NCBI RefSeq assembly: GCF_038025025.1
Contig: NW_027117345.1
Location: forward strand, 1,364,001-1,428,000
Length of the DNA stretch: 64,000 nucleotides
Direction: 5' to 3'
Source of the DNA: Phyllosticta citribraziliensis
Lineage: Eukaryota
A program made the position numbers and the translations under genes. The number at the start of each line of letters is the position of its first letter. Within the stretch, counting starts at the first letter, position 1. Under the pieces are notes generated by a model. The model did not search any database. It was given only the letters and a program-made list of their open reading frames with translations, and was not told the DNA's origin. Shown here one piece after another: positions 1-11,426 of the stretch.

Positions 1-628
1 GGCTAAATACTAGCTATACCTTAGGCTACTACTAGCTACTATAGCCTTAGGTAGAGATAGTATAATAACCTATTAATACCTTACCTTTAGGAATAACCTA
101 ATAATAACTATTAACCCTTATATAAAGGTTAGAAAGCTAGTATTACGCGACGCGGCGCGCGCAGCTTGCATTTTATAGTGTCCGGCGCTTAGCGTTTACT
201 TCTTCCGTGTACGCTAGCTGTTTCTAGTTAGCTTAAGAGTAGATAGTCGTTCCGCGCAGGCCGCGCGACGACTACTCTTACTCCTCACCTATTGATCGTT
301 AGTAGTCTGCATCGATTCGCTCTGCTAGGCGCCGTGACAGCTAGAAAGGTATAAAGGGAAGGCTAGGAAATAGATAGGAAGTAAGTATCTTTTATATTTT
401 ATTCTTTTAACTTATTATATTTAATCAAGATACATACACATTCTCTAGCAGTTCACCTTCGGCCCTAACCTGCAAAACGAGAACTTTGCGAGTTGTGACA
501 TATAACGCAATTCGATCGGCCTAGTTAATTGCGCAATTAAAGCAATACAATTGCCGCAGGTGATTACGCTGCGCAATGCAATCCAATAGATATAGATATT
601 GCGTTGCGTTGCGTTGCGCTCACCTCTG
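1..628. mobile_element. Terminal fragment of a RIP-mutated, probably hAT-like DNA transposon (continues left of window)
   Basis: Positions 1-140 and about 340-430 are AT-rich with TpA excess (tagctatacc ttaggctact actagctact), as expected after RIP. Positions 485-628 contain many TTGCG/CGCAA motifs, a 16-bp palindrome (525-540) and (GCGTT)n, and end in CACCTCTG at 628, which reads CAGAGGTG on the minus strand like fungal hAT termini. No intact ORF. Confidence 0.5.
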
Positions 629-933
629 GTATGGGTGGCGTATTTGTTGCGTAATATACTGAATCCACTTTATTATTTCACCAAATTTTATTGAACTATG
701 GTGTTTTACATACATCTCATTGTCCGCGTCAATCTTGAGTGACTCGTCCAGTTACTAGCCAACCGCAGTCCGTCTTGACCCGAGCACCAACAGAAAAAAT
801 GCACCAGTCTTTGACGAGCCCAACGCCCATCTCCTTGACAGAACCCAGGGGAGTGCATCGTCTTTGCCTCAACTGACGGAGAACCAACCAATCCAGGAAA
901 AGACGATGCATCGAAACCAAATCAAATCGAATT

Positions 934-3356
934 TCACTCGACGCGGAAGATGCTGCTCTCCCCGTCAAATGCCGTTACCTTCCCGCTGACCGATTTTGCG
1001 TCTCCAAAATACCTCAGACGATACTCTCCCTTGGGCGTCTGCGGGCTCGTCTCCCATGTCACCGTGACGCGGCTGGTGCCCAAGACCGTTGACGCGCGCT
1101 TCCACTCGTACACCAACTCCCAGTCGGCGTCGTCCAGGACCGGGATCCAGGTGACCGTGTCGTTAGCGAGCCGCTCGACTGCCGCGAACGTCCCCTCCAG
1201 CCGCAGGTTGTTGCGGGGGTTGGCGCCGACGAAGACGGCCGAGACGGCGGCACCACCGGCGCGGTAGGCTGAATTGGTGTTGACGTCTGCGACCACGTCG
1301 CCAAACGAGCGCCCGAAGCCCGGGTTGTCGTAGACGACGCCCGTGATGAAGCTCATGCTCGCGTTGCGGTTGTCTGGAGGAGACGGACCAGGGGGCGGCG
1401 CCGACGAGGATTCTGGGGCGAGGTAGGGCAGGTATGTCAGGGTGAGGTTGATGTAGGCAGGAAGGGTATGAGGCCCGTAGAGCGTAGATGCGCCCTCGTA
1501 GCGCTGGACGGTGTACTCTTCAGGAGTGGCAATGTAGTGTGTGTACGAGTTTGCAGGAGCGCCGAGGACCACCAAAGGCGAAGGACTGCCTTCAGACGAG
1601 AGCAGATCAGTGGAGACAACCTCCTTGGTAAGAGCTTCCCGCCATCGTCGGCCGGACATGGTGGTTGCCTCACCGGGAGAAACAATGATGAAGAACTGAC
1701 CAACACGCAGAAGCTGAATGTCAACAATATTTGGAGTCCAGGGGTAGGGCTTCTTGGATGCACCGACGTCGAGGAGGACGGGCTTGGGCATCTGGCAAGC
1801 CCGTTGCTCATCACTTGGCTTGTGGAGGAAGCCGCCAATCGTGTTCCAGAACGGATTGTTGGAGGAATCATTTTGCGTAAAGTCAAATGCACCGGGACCA
1901 TCCGTGGTGCCAGCAGCAAAAGAATTACCCAAGGCCGCAGAACAAGTCTTGACGTAGCTACCATTAGCAAGAGGAAACGAGTACCCGTCGAGGTCGACGA
2001 AGGTATGGAGCGATTTGACTGAGCCAGAAATGGGAATGCCAGACGAATCCAGGGACGAGTAAAGATCTTTGGCGCCAGCATACTGACGACGACCAATCTC
2101 ATGGCAGCTTTTTACACCACCATCGTTCAATCCCCAGTATGGACCACGACCGTGACATGTTGCGGCTTTTCCACTGCAGGTGCTATTTTCCAAGGTACAC
2201 TGCTGGCCACTGCCATCTTCACACCATGCGCCCCCGACGTTTGGCGTGGTGTCACCCACGTTTGCTTGCGAAAATCCAGCGACGAAGCCGTCGGCGGCGT
2301 TGGATCCATTTGCGGCCATGTCTCGTTCGAACAGGTAAGCCGCTACGCCCTTGTTGTCACCAGAGATCAAGGTCTGGTTTCCGAGCATCGACGTGCCGTG
2401 TACTGCGAACCAGGTCAAAACACCAATGTCTTTGCCGTCGCTGTCTCGCTGGAAGCGCAGCATTGTCATGTTCTTGTCCACGTCGTCCGTGTAGCGCGCG
2501 CGCTCCTCTTCGGGATTCGCCAAGTAAGCCCAAAGACTGCGGTTGATGTTGGTGTCTTGCACAGCAGCTTGGCCCACACTCAAGCGGCCCGTAGTCAAGC
2601 TCGTGTGGGCACGTTGGATCGAGAGAAGTGCTCCGTCGACGATGGCCTGGTAGCTCTCCTTGCAGAACCCTAGGCTCGTTATTTGCGGGAGCAGGTAGTT
2701 CAGCCAAGCTCCGGGTCCAGAGTGCGAATGTGTTCCAGTCACGGCGACATTCGACTGTCCATACATGGCATAGTCATCACCCAGAGCGGCGAGACCATCC
2801 AGGATACCATTCCGGACTGCCGTATCTCCGGACTGTGTGTCGAGGACCAGGTACACGAATCGGCTACTCTCGTCGTTTACGTCGCCGACTATGAAGGCGC
2901 GCGAGTAGATGCGTTGGCGCAGGCCACTCCCGACCTGGCTGATGTTTGCATATCCCATGAGGTTGATCTCGACGACGGGTCTGCACGACGTCAGATTAGC
3001 ATCAGTGTTGCTTTTCGTGTCGCGCAAAAACATGAACCACTGAGACAGATAATTTTCCGACATACATACCCGGTAATGTCAGCCTTTCCCACACCGATAA
3101 GGTATTTACCGTCCTTCGATGCAGCGGTGGCTGCGATGTTGGGCAGGGCATCATCTTGATTGTTACTGGCGAAGCGCCAAATGTCAATGTTGAAATGGGC
3201 CACGTCAAAATACAGCACGAGCTGGAGGACGGCGACAAGAGTAAAGATGGCGGCGAAGAGGGCGATTGCAAATCTCGAGCGCGCCATGCGACGTTGCGGC
3301 CTGTTGAGCGGCGATTCAACCTGTGTCGACACAGGAACCGGCGTCTTGGACGCCAT
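934..3356 (-). CDS. Neutral/alkaline non-lysosomal ceramidase (2 exons: 3356-3070, 2980-934)
   Basis: N-terminal TM anchor; YLIGVGKADITG|PVVEINLMGYA joined across a GT-AG intron at 3069-2981; GTHSHSGPG catalytic motif; FAVHGTS, QRYEGASTLYGPHTL and GANPRNNLRLEGTF. The start could alternatively be the downstream MARSRF ATG. Confidence 0.95.
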
Positions 3357-3874
3357 GGCTGGAAGAAATGGCTGTCCTCATGCGAGGACGCAGGACACGG
3401 AAAAGGGACCAAGATGTAGAGTGGGGAGGGCGTCGTACGGTAATGGGTATGTACGGTAGTTGTGCAAAAGCGTGGGACGGCCGGGGAGCTGTTGCGCGGA
3501 GCAGCGGCCGGGCGACGCGAGCATGACGTCGGGGGTTGGTGCGCGCGCGGCGGCAGGCCAAAGAAGTCCGGGCCGGCTTTTGATTGGTCCCCGCGCCCAC
3601 CCGCTTGCCACCTCCGATTGCCCTGCACATCAGAAACCTTGTCCAAACTGTCCAAACTCCGAAGCCCACTCTCATAACCACCACCTTCCACTCCGGGCCC
3701 CGTCCACGTTACCAACAGTCCCTCTTGTGTCTCCACCATCATATATGCCCAAGGGTCTTGATTGATTCCACCGGAAATTTGTCCATTCTGCCCCATCATC
3801 TGCGCCGGACGACGACATTATCGGGCCCAGCGCGCACAAATTCCACCTCTACACCCAGTCAATCGCATAACAAT

Positions 3875-4578
3875 ATGCCTCTAATCATCGAGTCTCACGA
3901 CTCCCTCCCGTGTGCGTCCCACCATTCCATGCCATCACGCGCTCAGCCCGCTGACAACAATCCTCAGATATCGACGCACCGCCCTCGCCCACCTCCCTCG
4001 CCGCCGCCTCGTCCCTCGTAGCCGCCGAGCTCTCGCCCTCCGAACCCAGCACGCCGCACCCCTCTCTGCCCGCCGCATACTCGCCCTCATACCCACCCGG
4101 CGTCGACGCCGAACACGCGCGCCTGGCCGCCGGCGCGCCCAAGGAGCCCGGCACGGGCGTCGACCTGGCGCGGTACGAGGCGCTCGACGCGCCCGCCGAC
4201 GGCAGCGACATGGCGGCATGGCGCGCGGCGCTGCAGGCGGCGTACACGTCGTCGGCGCACCTGTCGACGCGGCTGACGAACCTGAGCCTGCTCGAGAAGT
4301 TTGGCAAAAACGCGTGGCTCGTTTCCAACGCGCAGCTGGAAGCGGAGCTGAGGGCCATCGAGGCCGAGCTTGCGGCGGCAAAGGCCGAAGTGGAGGCCGT
4401 CGAGGCCGCGAGGAGAGATGCCCAGGCGCGCGTCAAGGGTGAGGTCGACATTTTGGGGGCTACCTGGCGCGAGGGCGTTGCGAGGGTTGTCAGGACGGAG
4501 GCCGCCGTCGAGGGTCTCAGGAGAGAGGTGCTGGAGAGGAGGAGAAGCATGGCTACTGGCGGGACGGCGCTGTCATAG
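3875..4578 (+). CDS. SPF27: Pre-mRNA splicing factor SPF27/BCAS2-family protein (exons 3875-3911, 3968-4578)
   Basis: MPLIIESHDSLP|YID across a 56-nt intron (3912-3967), then GVDLARYE and RLTNLSLLEKFGKNAWLVSNAQLE with a C-terminal coiled coil, typical of BCAS2/Cwf7. Confidence 0.9.
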
Positions 4579-5448
4579 GTCATGCGCATGTGTGGCTGAA
4601 CAACGTTGATGGCGACGGCAGTGATAGACGCGTGCATGAGCTTCAGAGCCAGCGGAAAACGCTTAGAAGCAAGAGCTCAAGGGCAAAACAACGCACAGCA
4701 GCGTGGAGGAAAAAGCAGATGTAGATTTTTCATGAAAAGAAGGAAAACGCCACACCAGGACCAGTCCAGGCTCGGAAAGGAACTAGATTCGCTTTCGAAC
4801 AGGTACAGTAAGGTAGTCAAAAGCTTCACCTCTCGTGACCGACTCGAGAACCGCCTTAGGCCAGTATCTCAAAGGGGCGAAACAGAGCGGCAAGTGTGGG
4901 CGAGGAGGCCGTCTTACAACCCAAGCCGAGGAATGGTGCGAGAATTAGATCTTCAAAGTAGCCATTCAAAGCAGAAAGCATAGGAAGTTGAATCGGTAGA
5001 ATAATAGAGTATTGGTAATAGTAGTAATAGTCCATCCCATCCGACCATCCAACCATACCACGCGCACACGAACTCAACTCAATCCATCCAGCCAGCCAGG
5101 TATTCTGCGAACAGACGAACAAACTCTCGCCTCTTTGTTGGTCTCGAGTCCCGTCTCTGCACCACCACTTCCACAACACACTACCATGGCCACTATCCTT
5201 CTCCAACTGGTTCTCTGATTCAGCTCCTTTCCTTCCTGCCTTTGTCTAGGTAGTTCCGTGCTAGTCCTCTCCGCTTGCTTGCGCAGGCTGTCCACAGCCG
5301 GAGTCGAGTCCAAGGTCCAACCCGAGCCCGTTCATCCTATGAACGACGTGCCTCTTGTGCTTGCTTGCTTTCGCTGCTGCACTTTGCTGTCCTCGTCGAC
5401 TTCGAGATCTCGTGGTGCGTGGCTAGTGCGCCTGGACGCTTCGCCCTC

Positions 5449-5485
5449 CCAACCAACCAACCAACCATCCGTCCGTCCGTCCGTC
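5449..5485. repeat. Compound tetranucleotide microsatellite (CCAA)n(CCGT)n
   Basis: ccaaccaaccaaccaaccatccgtccgtccgtccgtc seen directly, downstream of the PKA-R gene. Confidence 0.75.
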
Positions 5486-5788
5486 AGGTCAATCAGATCA
5501 GATCAAAAGCCATTCCACCCATCCCGTTGGTCAATTCGTTCAACCATCCAGCCGCCGCCTCAACCAGTAGACCCTCCTCATTAACGAAAACGCTACGCCG
5601 GAAAAGAAGACAACAGGAAAAGGGGAAAACCGATCGATAGACAAACAAAAACCGCAAGTGCTGCAATGCCCAATCCACTACCCATGATGACTTTTTTTTG
5701 TTGGTGTGATTTTTTTCATTTTCATTTTCTATGAGCCGGTCAGCGGTCATCCCCCAAGGCGTTATGCGTAGTCAGCATACGGGCGTCG

Positions 5789-7189
5789 TTATGCCATGGT
5801 CGCAACGGGCTCCGTCGACAGAGGGTCCGCGTCTTCGAGCGGGGCCTTGCTGGGGTCGTTCCGCCGCATGAGGCCCTCGACAGGGCCCAATAGCCGCTGG
5901 AAGCCGTCTTTGCCCAGCGTCGCCACCTTGATCTCTGTGGTACTAACAACCGAGGCTGCGCGCGGTGCATCGTTGAGCAGGGCCAGTTCGCCAAAGTAGT
6001 CGCCCTTGTTGTATTGTTTCACGGGCTTGTCAAGACCGCGCTTGTATACCTCTGCATTGCCGCTTTCGAGAATGTAAAACGACTCGCCCACGTCGCCTTC
6101 TTGTATGATTGTTGTGCCCAAGGGGTACTTCTTTGTTTCGAGGGCGTCGGCAATCTTGGAGCGCTCGTAGGGGGTAAGCGACTGGAGAAGCGGGACTTCC
6201 TCGAGGAAGCCTTCGTACATGCGGCGGCGTTGAAAGGCGGAGTCCATCAGAATGCGGCGGAAAGTAACACGGTCCAGAGCCCACAGGGTCGAGGGCTCGT
6301 TGGAAATGACGGTCGCAGCTCGCGGCGCGTTGTACATGAGAGCCAGTTCGCCAAAGGAGCCACCTGGTCCGACGGTGCCCACCTTGTGACCAAGGCCATC
6401 AAGGCCTGCTTCCAGCTTGCCCGTGTCGCTCACGAAAATTTCAAAGGAGCCACTCTCAACGACGTAAAAGTAGTCGCCCACGTCGCCCTGCACAATGACC
6501 TTGATGCCCTTTGTAGGAATGGGCTTCTCTTGGAGCGCACCCAGGACGTGGGATGATTGTTCGTCGTCGAGGTGGGAGAAGAGGAAGTTGCCGGAAACAG
6601 CTTGCCTGAGACGAGCTTGCTGCTCAGCAGACTTGGGGTGGTATGGCGGAGACCAGTTCTCGTGGAGGGCAGAGGTCGGGTTGAGGGATTCGGCGGATAC
6701 GGAAGTGCGGCGGCCCATGTTGTAGTTGCTGGGGAAGCTCTGAGTGTCCATTGCGGCGAAGCCCGAGCCGGAGCTGTCTGGAGCGGAGCGCGAGGGCGAA
6801 AAGGTCGAGAAGCCCCAGGAGAAGTTGTCGGCGGAGAGGGTGGCGCCCTGGGTGTTGGTCGAGTTGATGCTGCGGGGGAAGGACGAGGCGGTGGGCGAGG
6901 CGATGAGGTCGTTTTCGTCCTCCTCGTCGACGCTCTCCATCTGGAGCGGGGTGGTGGAGCGGGCGGGCGAGGTGCTAAAGGGATTGCTGCCGGGGAAGCT
7001 GTTGGAGGCCATGAGGCCAGCTCTATTTTGGGTCGAGTGCTGGGGCGACAGCTGGAACTCTGCGCGCTGAGCTTCGAGGCGGCGCCAGAAGAAGTTGGCG
7101 CAGAACTGCAGCACGTCCTGGGGTTGATGCTTGAGAATTTCGCGATCGAGCGCGCTTATCTCGTTGACGTATTCGGGCGGCAGAGACAT
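5789..7189 (-). CDS. pkaR: cAMP-dependent protein kinase A regulatory subunit (intronless)
   Basis: Dimerization/docking domain (EILKHQPQDVLQFCANFF), RRTSVSAES inhibitor site, and two cNMP-binding cassettes (FGELALMYNAPRAAT; FGELALLNDAPRAAS). First in-frame ATG (MSLPPEY) at 7189. Confidence 0.97.
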   Translation of the reverse strand: MSLPPEYVNEISALDREILKHQPQDVLQFCANFFWRRLEAQRAEFQLSPQHSTQNRAGLMASNSFPGSNPFSTSPARSTTPLQMESVDEEDENDLIASPTASSFPRSINSTNTQGATLSADNFSWGFSTFSPSRSAPDSSGSGFAAMDTQSFPSNYNMGRRTSVSAESLNPTSALHENWSPPYHPKSAEQQARLRQAVSGNFLFSHLDDEQSSHVLGALQEKPIPTKGIKVIVQGDVGDYFYVVESGSFEIFVSDTGKLEAGLDGLGHKVGTVGPGGSFGELALMYNAPRAATVISNEPSTLWALDRVTFRRILMDSAFQRRRMYEGFLEEVPLLQSLTPYERSKIADALETKKYPLGTTIIQEGDVGESFYILESGNAEVYKRGLDKPVKQYNKGDYFGELALLNDAPRAASVVSTTEIKVATLGKDGFQRLLGPVEGLMRRNDPSKAPLEDADPLSTEPVATMA

Positions 7190-7657
7190 TGACGTGGTGG
7201 TGGGTGTCGGACGGGGTGGAGGAGAGGGGTCGTTGGTCGTGGTCAAGTAGTGGTGGGCGAGGAGCTGCAGTGGTGTGCCAGGGCCAGGGCGGGAGGGAAG
7301 CGGTGCCGGCAAGGTTGACGTATGCTAGGGTGTCGGGACGAATCGAGGGGGGAGAGGGAGACAGGCTCTGCGGCAGAGGGCACAAATGAAGCTTCAAGGA
7401 GGTTGACGATGGACGGCAAGTGAAGAGCGGACGCCGGGAGGAGGTGATGAAAGAATAGGGTGGGATGAGCGAGCGAGCGAGCGGACAAGAGAAGAGCAGG
7501 GCGCCAGCAGTCCGTTCGGTTCGCGCGCCGGGGCAGCTCGCACGGGGCAAGAGGAGGAGCAGGGACGACCAGGTGTGGATAGTAGGTAGGTATGCCTGGG
7601 TGCGCTGCCGTGGGCTGTCTGTTCTGTCGCGTGGGAGGGATGAGAAGGCCGCGGGCT

Positions 7658-7691
7658 GGCAGGGCAGGGCAGGGCAGGGCAGGGCAGGGCA
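7658..7691. repeat. Pentanucleotide microsatellite (AGGGC)6
   Basis: Perfect tandem agggc x6 at 7661-7690, upstream of the PKA-R gene. Confidence 0.9.
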
Positions 7692-9827
7692 GAGCGCACG
7701 AGCAAAGGGGCAAACGAAAAGATAGATGCAGATGTGGTGATGGATGGGTTGGTGGTCGGTAAGGAGGAGAGGAGGGACGCACCGCGGACTGGACTGCCGT
7801 GGACTGGAGGTGAGAATTGAGGCCTGAGCTCAGCACTGCAGCCTTCTGGGCCATTTCCAGAAGCCGCAGAACAACTTTATCCCGTCTGTCCCTTTGCGGC
7901 CGTTCCATGTCGCGTCTTCAGGTTGTCTTGATCCCGCAACCATCCGTCACGGTCTTTGTCCAACCTCCGCATTCAGCCCTCCTCACCTCACCCGACCTCA
8001 CTACATGCAGTCGTCGTCATGGCCCACTCGTCACCAAACAGCATCCGCTGTGTTGATCATGCACCCCCAATCTCCAGCCCTTTGCAAGACACCCGAGACA
8101 CGACGCTGCGCCGACGCGCCATCTGCGCTCGTGCATCCGTCGCAATCATATGCTGCCCGAAATGTCCTTCATGCGAGCCCCGGCCCGACATTGCTCACTC
8201 GTGCTTCTGGGACGTGACATCCCAGGTCCTCACCTCCCATCTAGCGTCCTTCTAGAGCCCTTCTAGAACAGTGCCACGCTTGGCCTCCCTCCTTGCTTCC
8301 CGTCAGACTCTCACACCTCACTACTCCACTTCGGCACCCTCTCTTCTTCTGCACAGACCCGCCAATCGTCAACGCACAATGTCACTCATTTTGCCATGCA
8401 TCAAATCTCAGCCCTGCAAGATGATCATTGCGTGGCTATGCTGTGCTCGGCCCTCTGCGTCCTCGTCTGTCGGCCGGCACCCATTGAACAAAGAACTGGA
8501 CCCCCTCCTCCTCTCCCACATGGACATGCATGCCTGGGCCCGCTCGTCCTGATTGGTCCTCATCGACGCTGGCTTGCCGTTTACTGCAACTAGAGCCCTG
8601 TCCGGTCCCGGCCTGAAGACACCTGCGGATCCCCAATTTCTCCCCCGACCAAGGCTTGATGACAGCATCTTTGGTTTTGGGGTTCCGCCGACCAGGGCTT
8701 CAATGGTCCTTGGATTTCTGGTACAAGATGCTTCTTGATCATGGCCCGTCAAGGTGCATGAATGCCCTTCTGATGCTCGTTGGCACCGAGCTTCGGGCTC
8801 CCATCCGCCTTGCGTTCCGGGCCGGACCGGCTCAATGACATATCCATTTTTGTCCGCGCCTTGAATTTAGACATGATGCACTGCGCTACGTACCCCTTTC
8901 TTCTCGTCCGAAGTATGCCAGGAGCTTTCCAGGCTGAGGTACTTGCGCAGCTCTTCGGACTATCGCCGGACGCTGTCCTTGTGAGCATCGTAATCCAATT
9001 AGAAGCTTACCCATGCAGGCCTCATGCTACTGCAAGTCATCCGCGCACTCTGCCTACCTGCCTGTCATCTCCTGCCGTCAATGTAATACTGCCGGCCGGC
9101 GCATATGCAAGTTTCCCGACCAAGTCAGATCTGCCCGCTTTGCATCGTGCAAGTGTCCAGTGGCAGAACCAGGAAGAGCCAACCAAGGCTTCATTGACGA
9201 ACAAGAGCAAGAAGCATTGGCCTTCTACTTTGGAAACTGATGTCCGCACTAGGCCAGCTGACCCGGCAAGTCAGGGCCTCTGCAATGGGGCGTTGCCTGG
9301 AAACAGGGTGTGGTCTTGAAAAGCGGTGGTTCATGGACCTGGGGGAAAGAATGGATGAGAAGGGAGAAAAAGTCTGGGGGTGCTGACAGCGATTTCATCA
9401 GTCGTCCAATGCCAACGGTGCCATTTATATTGAGGACATGCAGACGGACAGCAAGGCCGATAGGGCAAAAGTTTCCACCCAGGACTGCCCCACTTATGAC
9501 CCTCGCCTCCATTCTTGGCCGTCAGCTGCAATGATTCAACTCGACGTCGCCCTCACCGCCGGCAGATTCGTTGATAAGCCCGTCAACTGGTCGCGCTTCT
9601 CCGCTTCCTGGTCAGTGGTGCGACCAGGGCGTGCGACTTGTCAAAGTTGCTGGGCCGCCCCATGTTGTCAAAAATTCTGTCGTCTTTGTCTCCTTCGCAT
9701 ACAATATCCTGTACTGAATTCTAAACGCTGGACTCTTGGTGAACAAATCAGGCGAATCATCCACCATCTTTGACGTCAATTCCTCTTCCCTCAAAGCAAA
9801 TTATCCCGATCATCGACATCCGAAACC

Positions 9828-10829
9828 ATGGCTCCTTCAGCTGTGACCGATATCGAAAATGTTGAGCAGGCCGTCGTGGCAAAGTCCAAATCCAGGGACG
9901 AAATGACGCCACTCCAAGCCATCTCCCAAGGCACTTGTCTTCCAAGTGTGCCCCTCTACTCGGACATGGACAAGCAGCGCCACTTTATGCTATCGCACAT
10001 GGCCGGAGCGTTCCGTGTCTTTGCTCGCAAGGGCTTCACCGAGGGCATGTCCGGTCACATTTCCGTCCGCGACCCAGAGGTAGTTAACCAAAGGCACTTC
10101 ATGGGTGAGCGTGGCTGAGTTGTCGACAGAACCCCCACACATTCTGGACCAATCCTCTGGGCAAGCACTTTGCCCAGCTCAAGGCCAGCGATATGATCCT
10201 GGTGGACTATGACGGCGTGGCAATTGGCGGGAACATGTCACGCCCCGCCAACGCTGCCGGCTTCCTGATCCACAGCGCAGTCCACAAGGCGCGGCCCGAC
10301 GTGACGGCGGCCTGGTACCAACCTCTTTCCTGCTTGTCCCATGCGTGGTGTAGAATGCCACTGCTGACAACGGACAAACAGCCACACGCACTCCAAGGCT
10401 GGAAAAGCGTGGAGCACCTTTGCGCGTCCCTTGGAGATGATCAACCAGGACGTGACGTACTTTTACGGCGAGGCGCAAGCCGTCTACAAAGAATTTGGCG
10501 GCATCGTCTTCTCCGAGGAGGAGGGCAAACGGCTGGCAGCGGCCCTGGGCCCCAAGGGCAAGGGCATGATTTTGCGCAACCACGGCCTGCTCACCGTGGG
10601 ATCGACCGTCGACGAGGCGGCGTATTTGTACACGTTGATGGAGCGCAGCTGCGAGGTCCAGCTCATGGTCGAAGCCGCGGCTGCCAATGGCGTTCCCAAG
10701 GTCTTCGTCGAGGATGAGGCCGCCGAGTACACTTTCCGGATGGGTAGTGATGCCGAGTCTCTCTACTGGGAGTTCCAACCTGACCTGGAGTATGAGGAGG
10801 AGATGTGCAATGGTGCCTTCAAAGAGTAA
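9828..10829 (+). CDS. Class II aldolase/adducin-domain protein (exons 9828-10079, 10130-10314, 10382-10829)
   Basis: EGMSGHISVRDPE|NPHTFWTNPLG, GFLIHSAVHKARPDV, AC|HTHS and ILRNHGLLTVG metal-binding motifs. Two GT-AG introns restore one reading frame. Confidence 0.93.
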
Positions 10830-11426
10830 ATTTTCAGGATTGGGGTGTAGAACAGACCAGAGGCTGGGAAGAGTAGAAGAGACGTCATTTGCGACGCGGA
10901 TTTCTCTTTCGCAGTCGTTCCACAGAAGAAATCGGGAGATATTCATCATCTGGCGACGTTAGTGTTGATGTCGAGTTGAAACCCTGTAGCTCGGTGGAAA
11001 TTGGTGCCAGGAACAGAAAGGAAGGCTGTTGCCGGCCGGCGCGCGGGACGCTTGGTTTCTTCGTGCCGACCCGGAGGCGGGAGTGGAGGGTTTCATCCTG
11101 GTGTGCGGTGATGCCATGTTGCTCGACGTGACTTTTGAATTGCCAATGGCTTTTGTTCCTTCGCAACAGATCATGTCGAGTCGGGACACGCCGTGGTCTG
11201 GTGTTGGTTGCCAGGTGAGGTGGGAAGAGAGGTGCGCCTGACTACGTCATGGCATCTTACTGCCTGACCTGACCCATTGCCAGTCCGTCCGATGCCGCCG
11301 CGCAGGACTACCTACCGGCTGGTACTTGGTCAACACCCTCCCTCCCCAGCGCCCCAGCTTCCCCGTCGTATTGTCGACCATGATCGCCCTGGGCTCCCCC
11401 AGCTGAAGCGAACCGATCACGACGAC

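Noticed and set aside
7190..7908. N-terminal extension or long uORF of PKA-R (ORF-track 7312 start; 7243-7908 ORF)
   Set aside because: Low-complexity Pro/Ser translation of a pyrimidine-rich leader and microsatellite; no coding signal.
8973..9010. Intron-like GTAAGC...GCTCAC...CAG on the minus strand in the PKA-R/aldolase spacer
   Set aside because: Only 38 nt long, and the flanking frames give no coherent protein.
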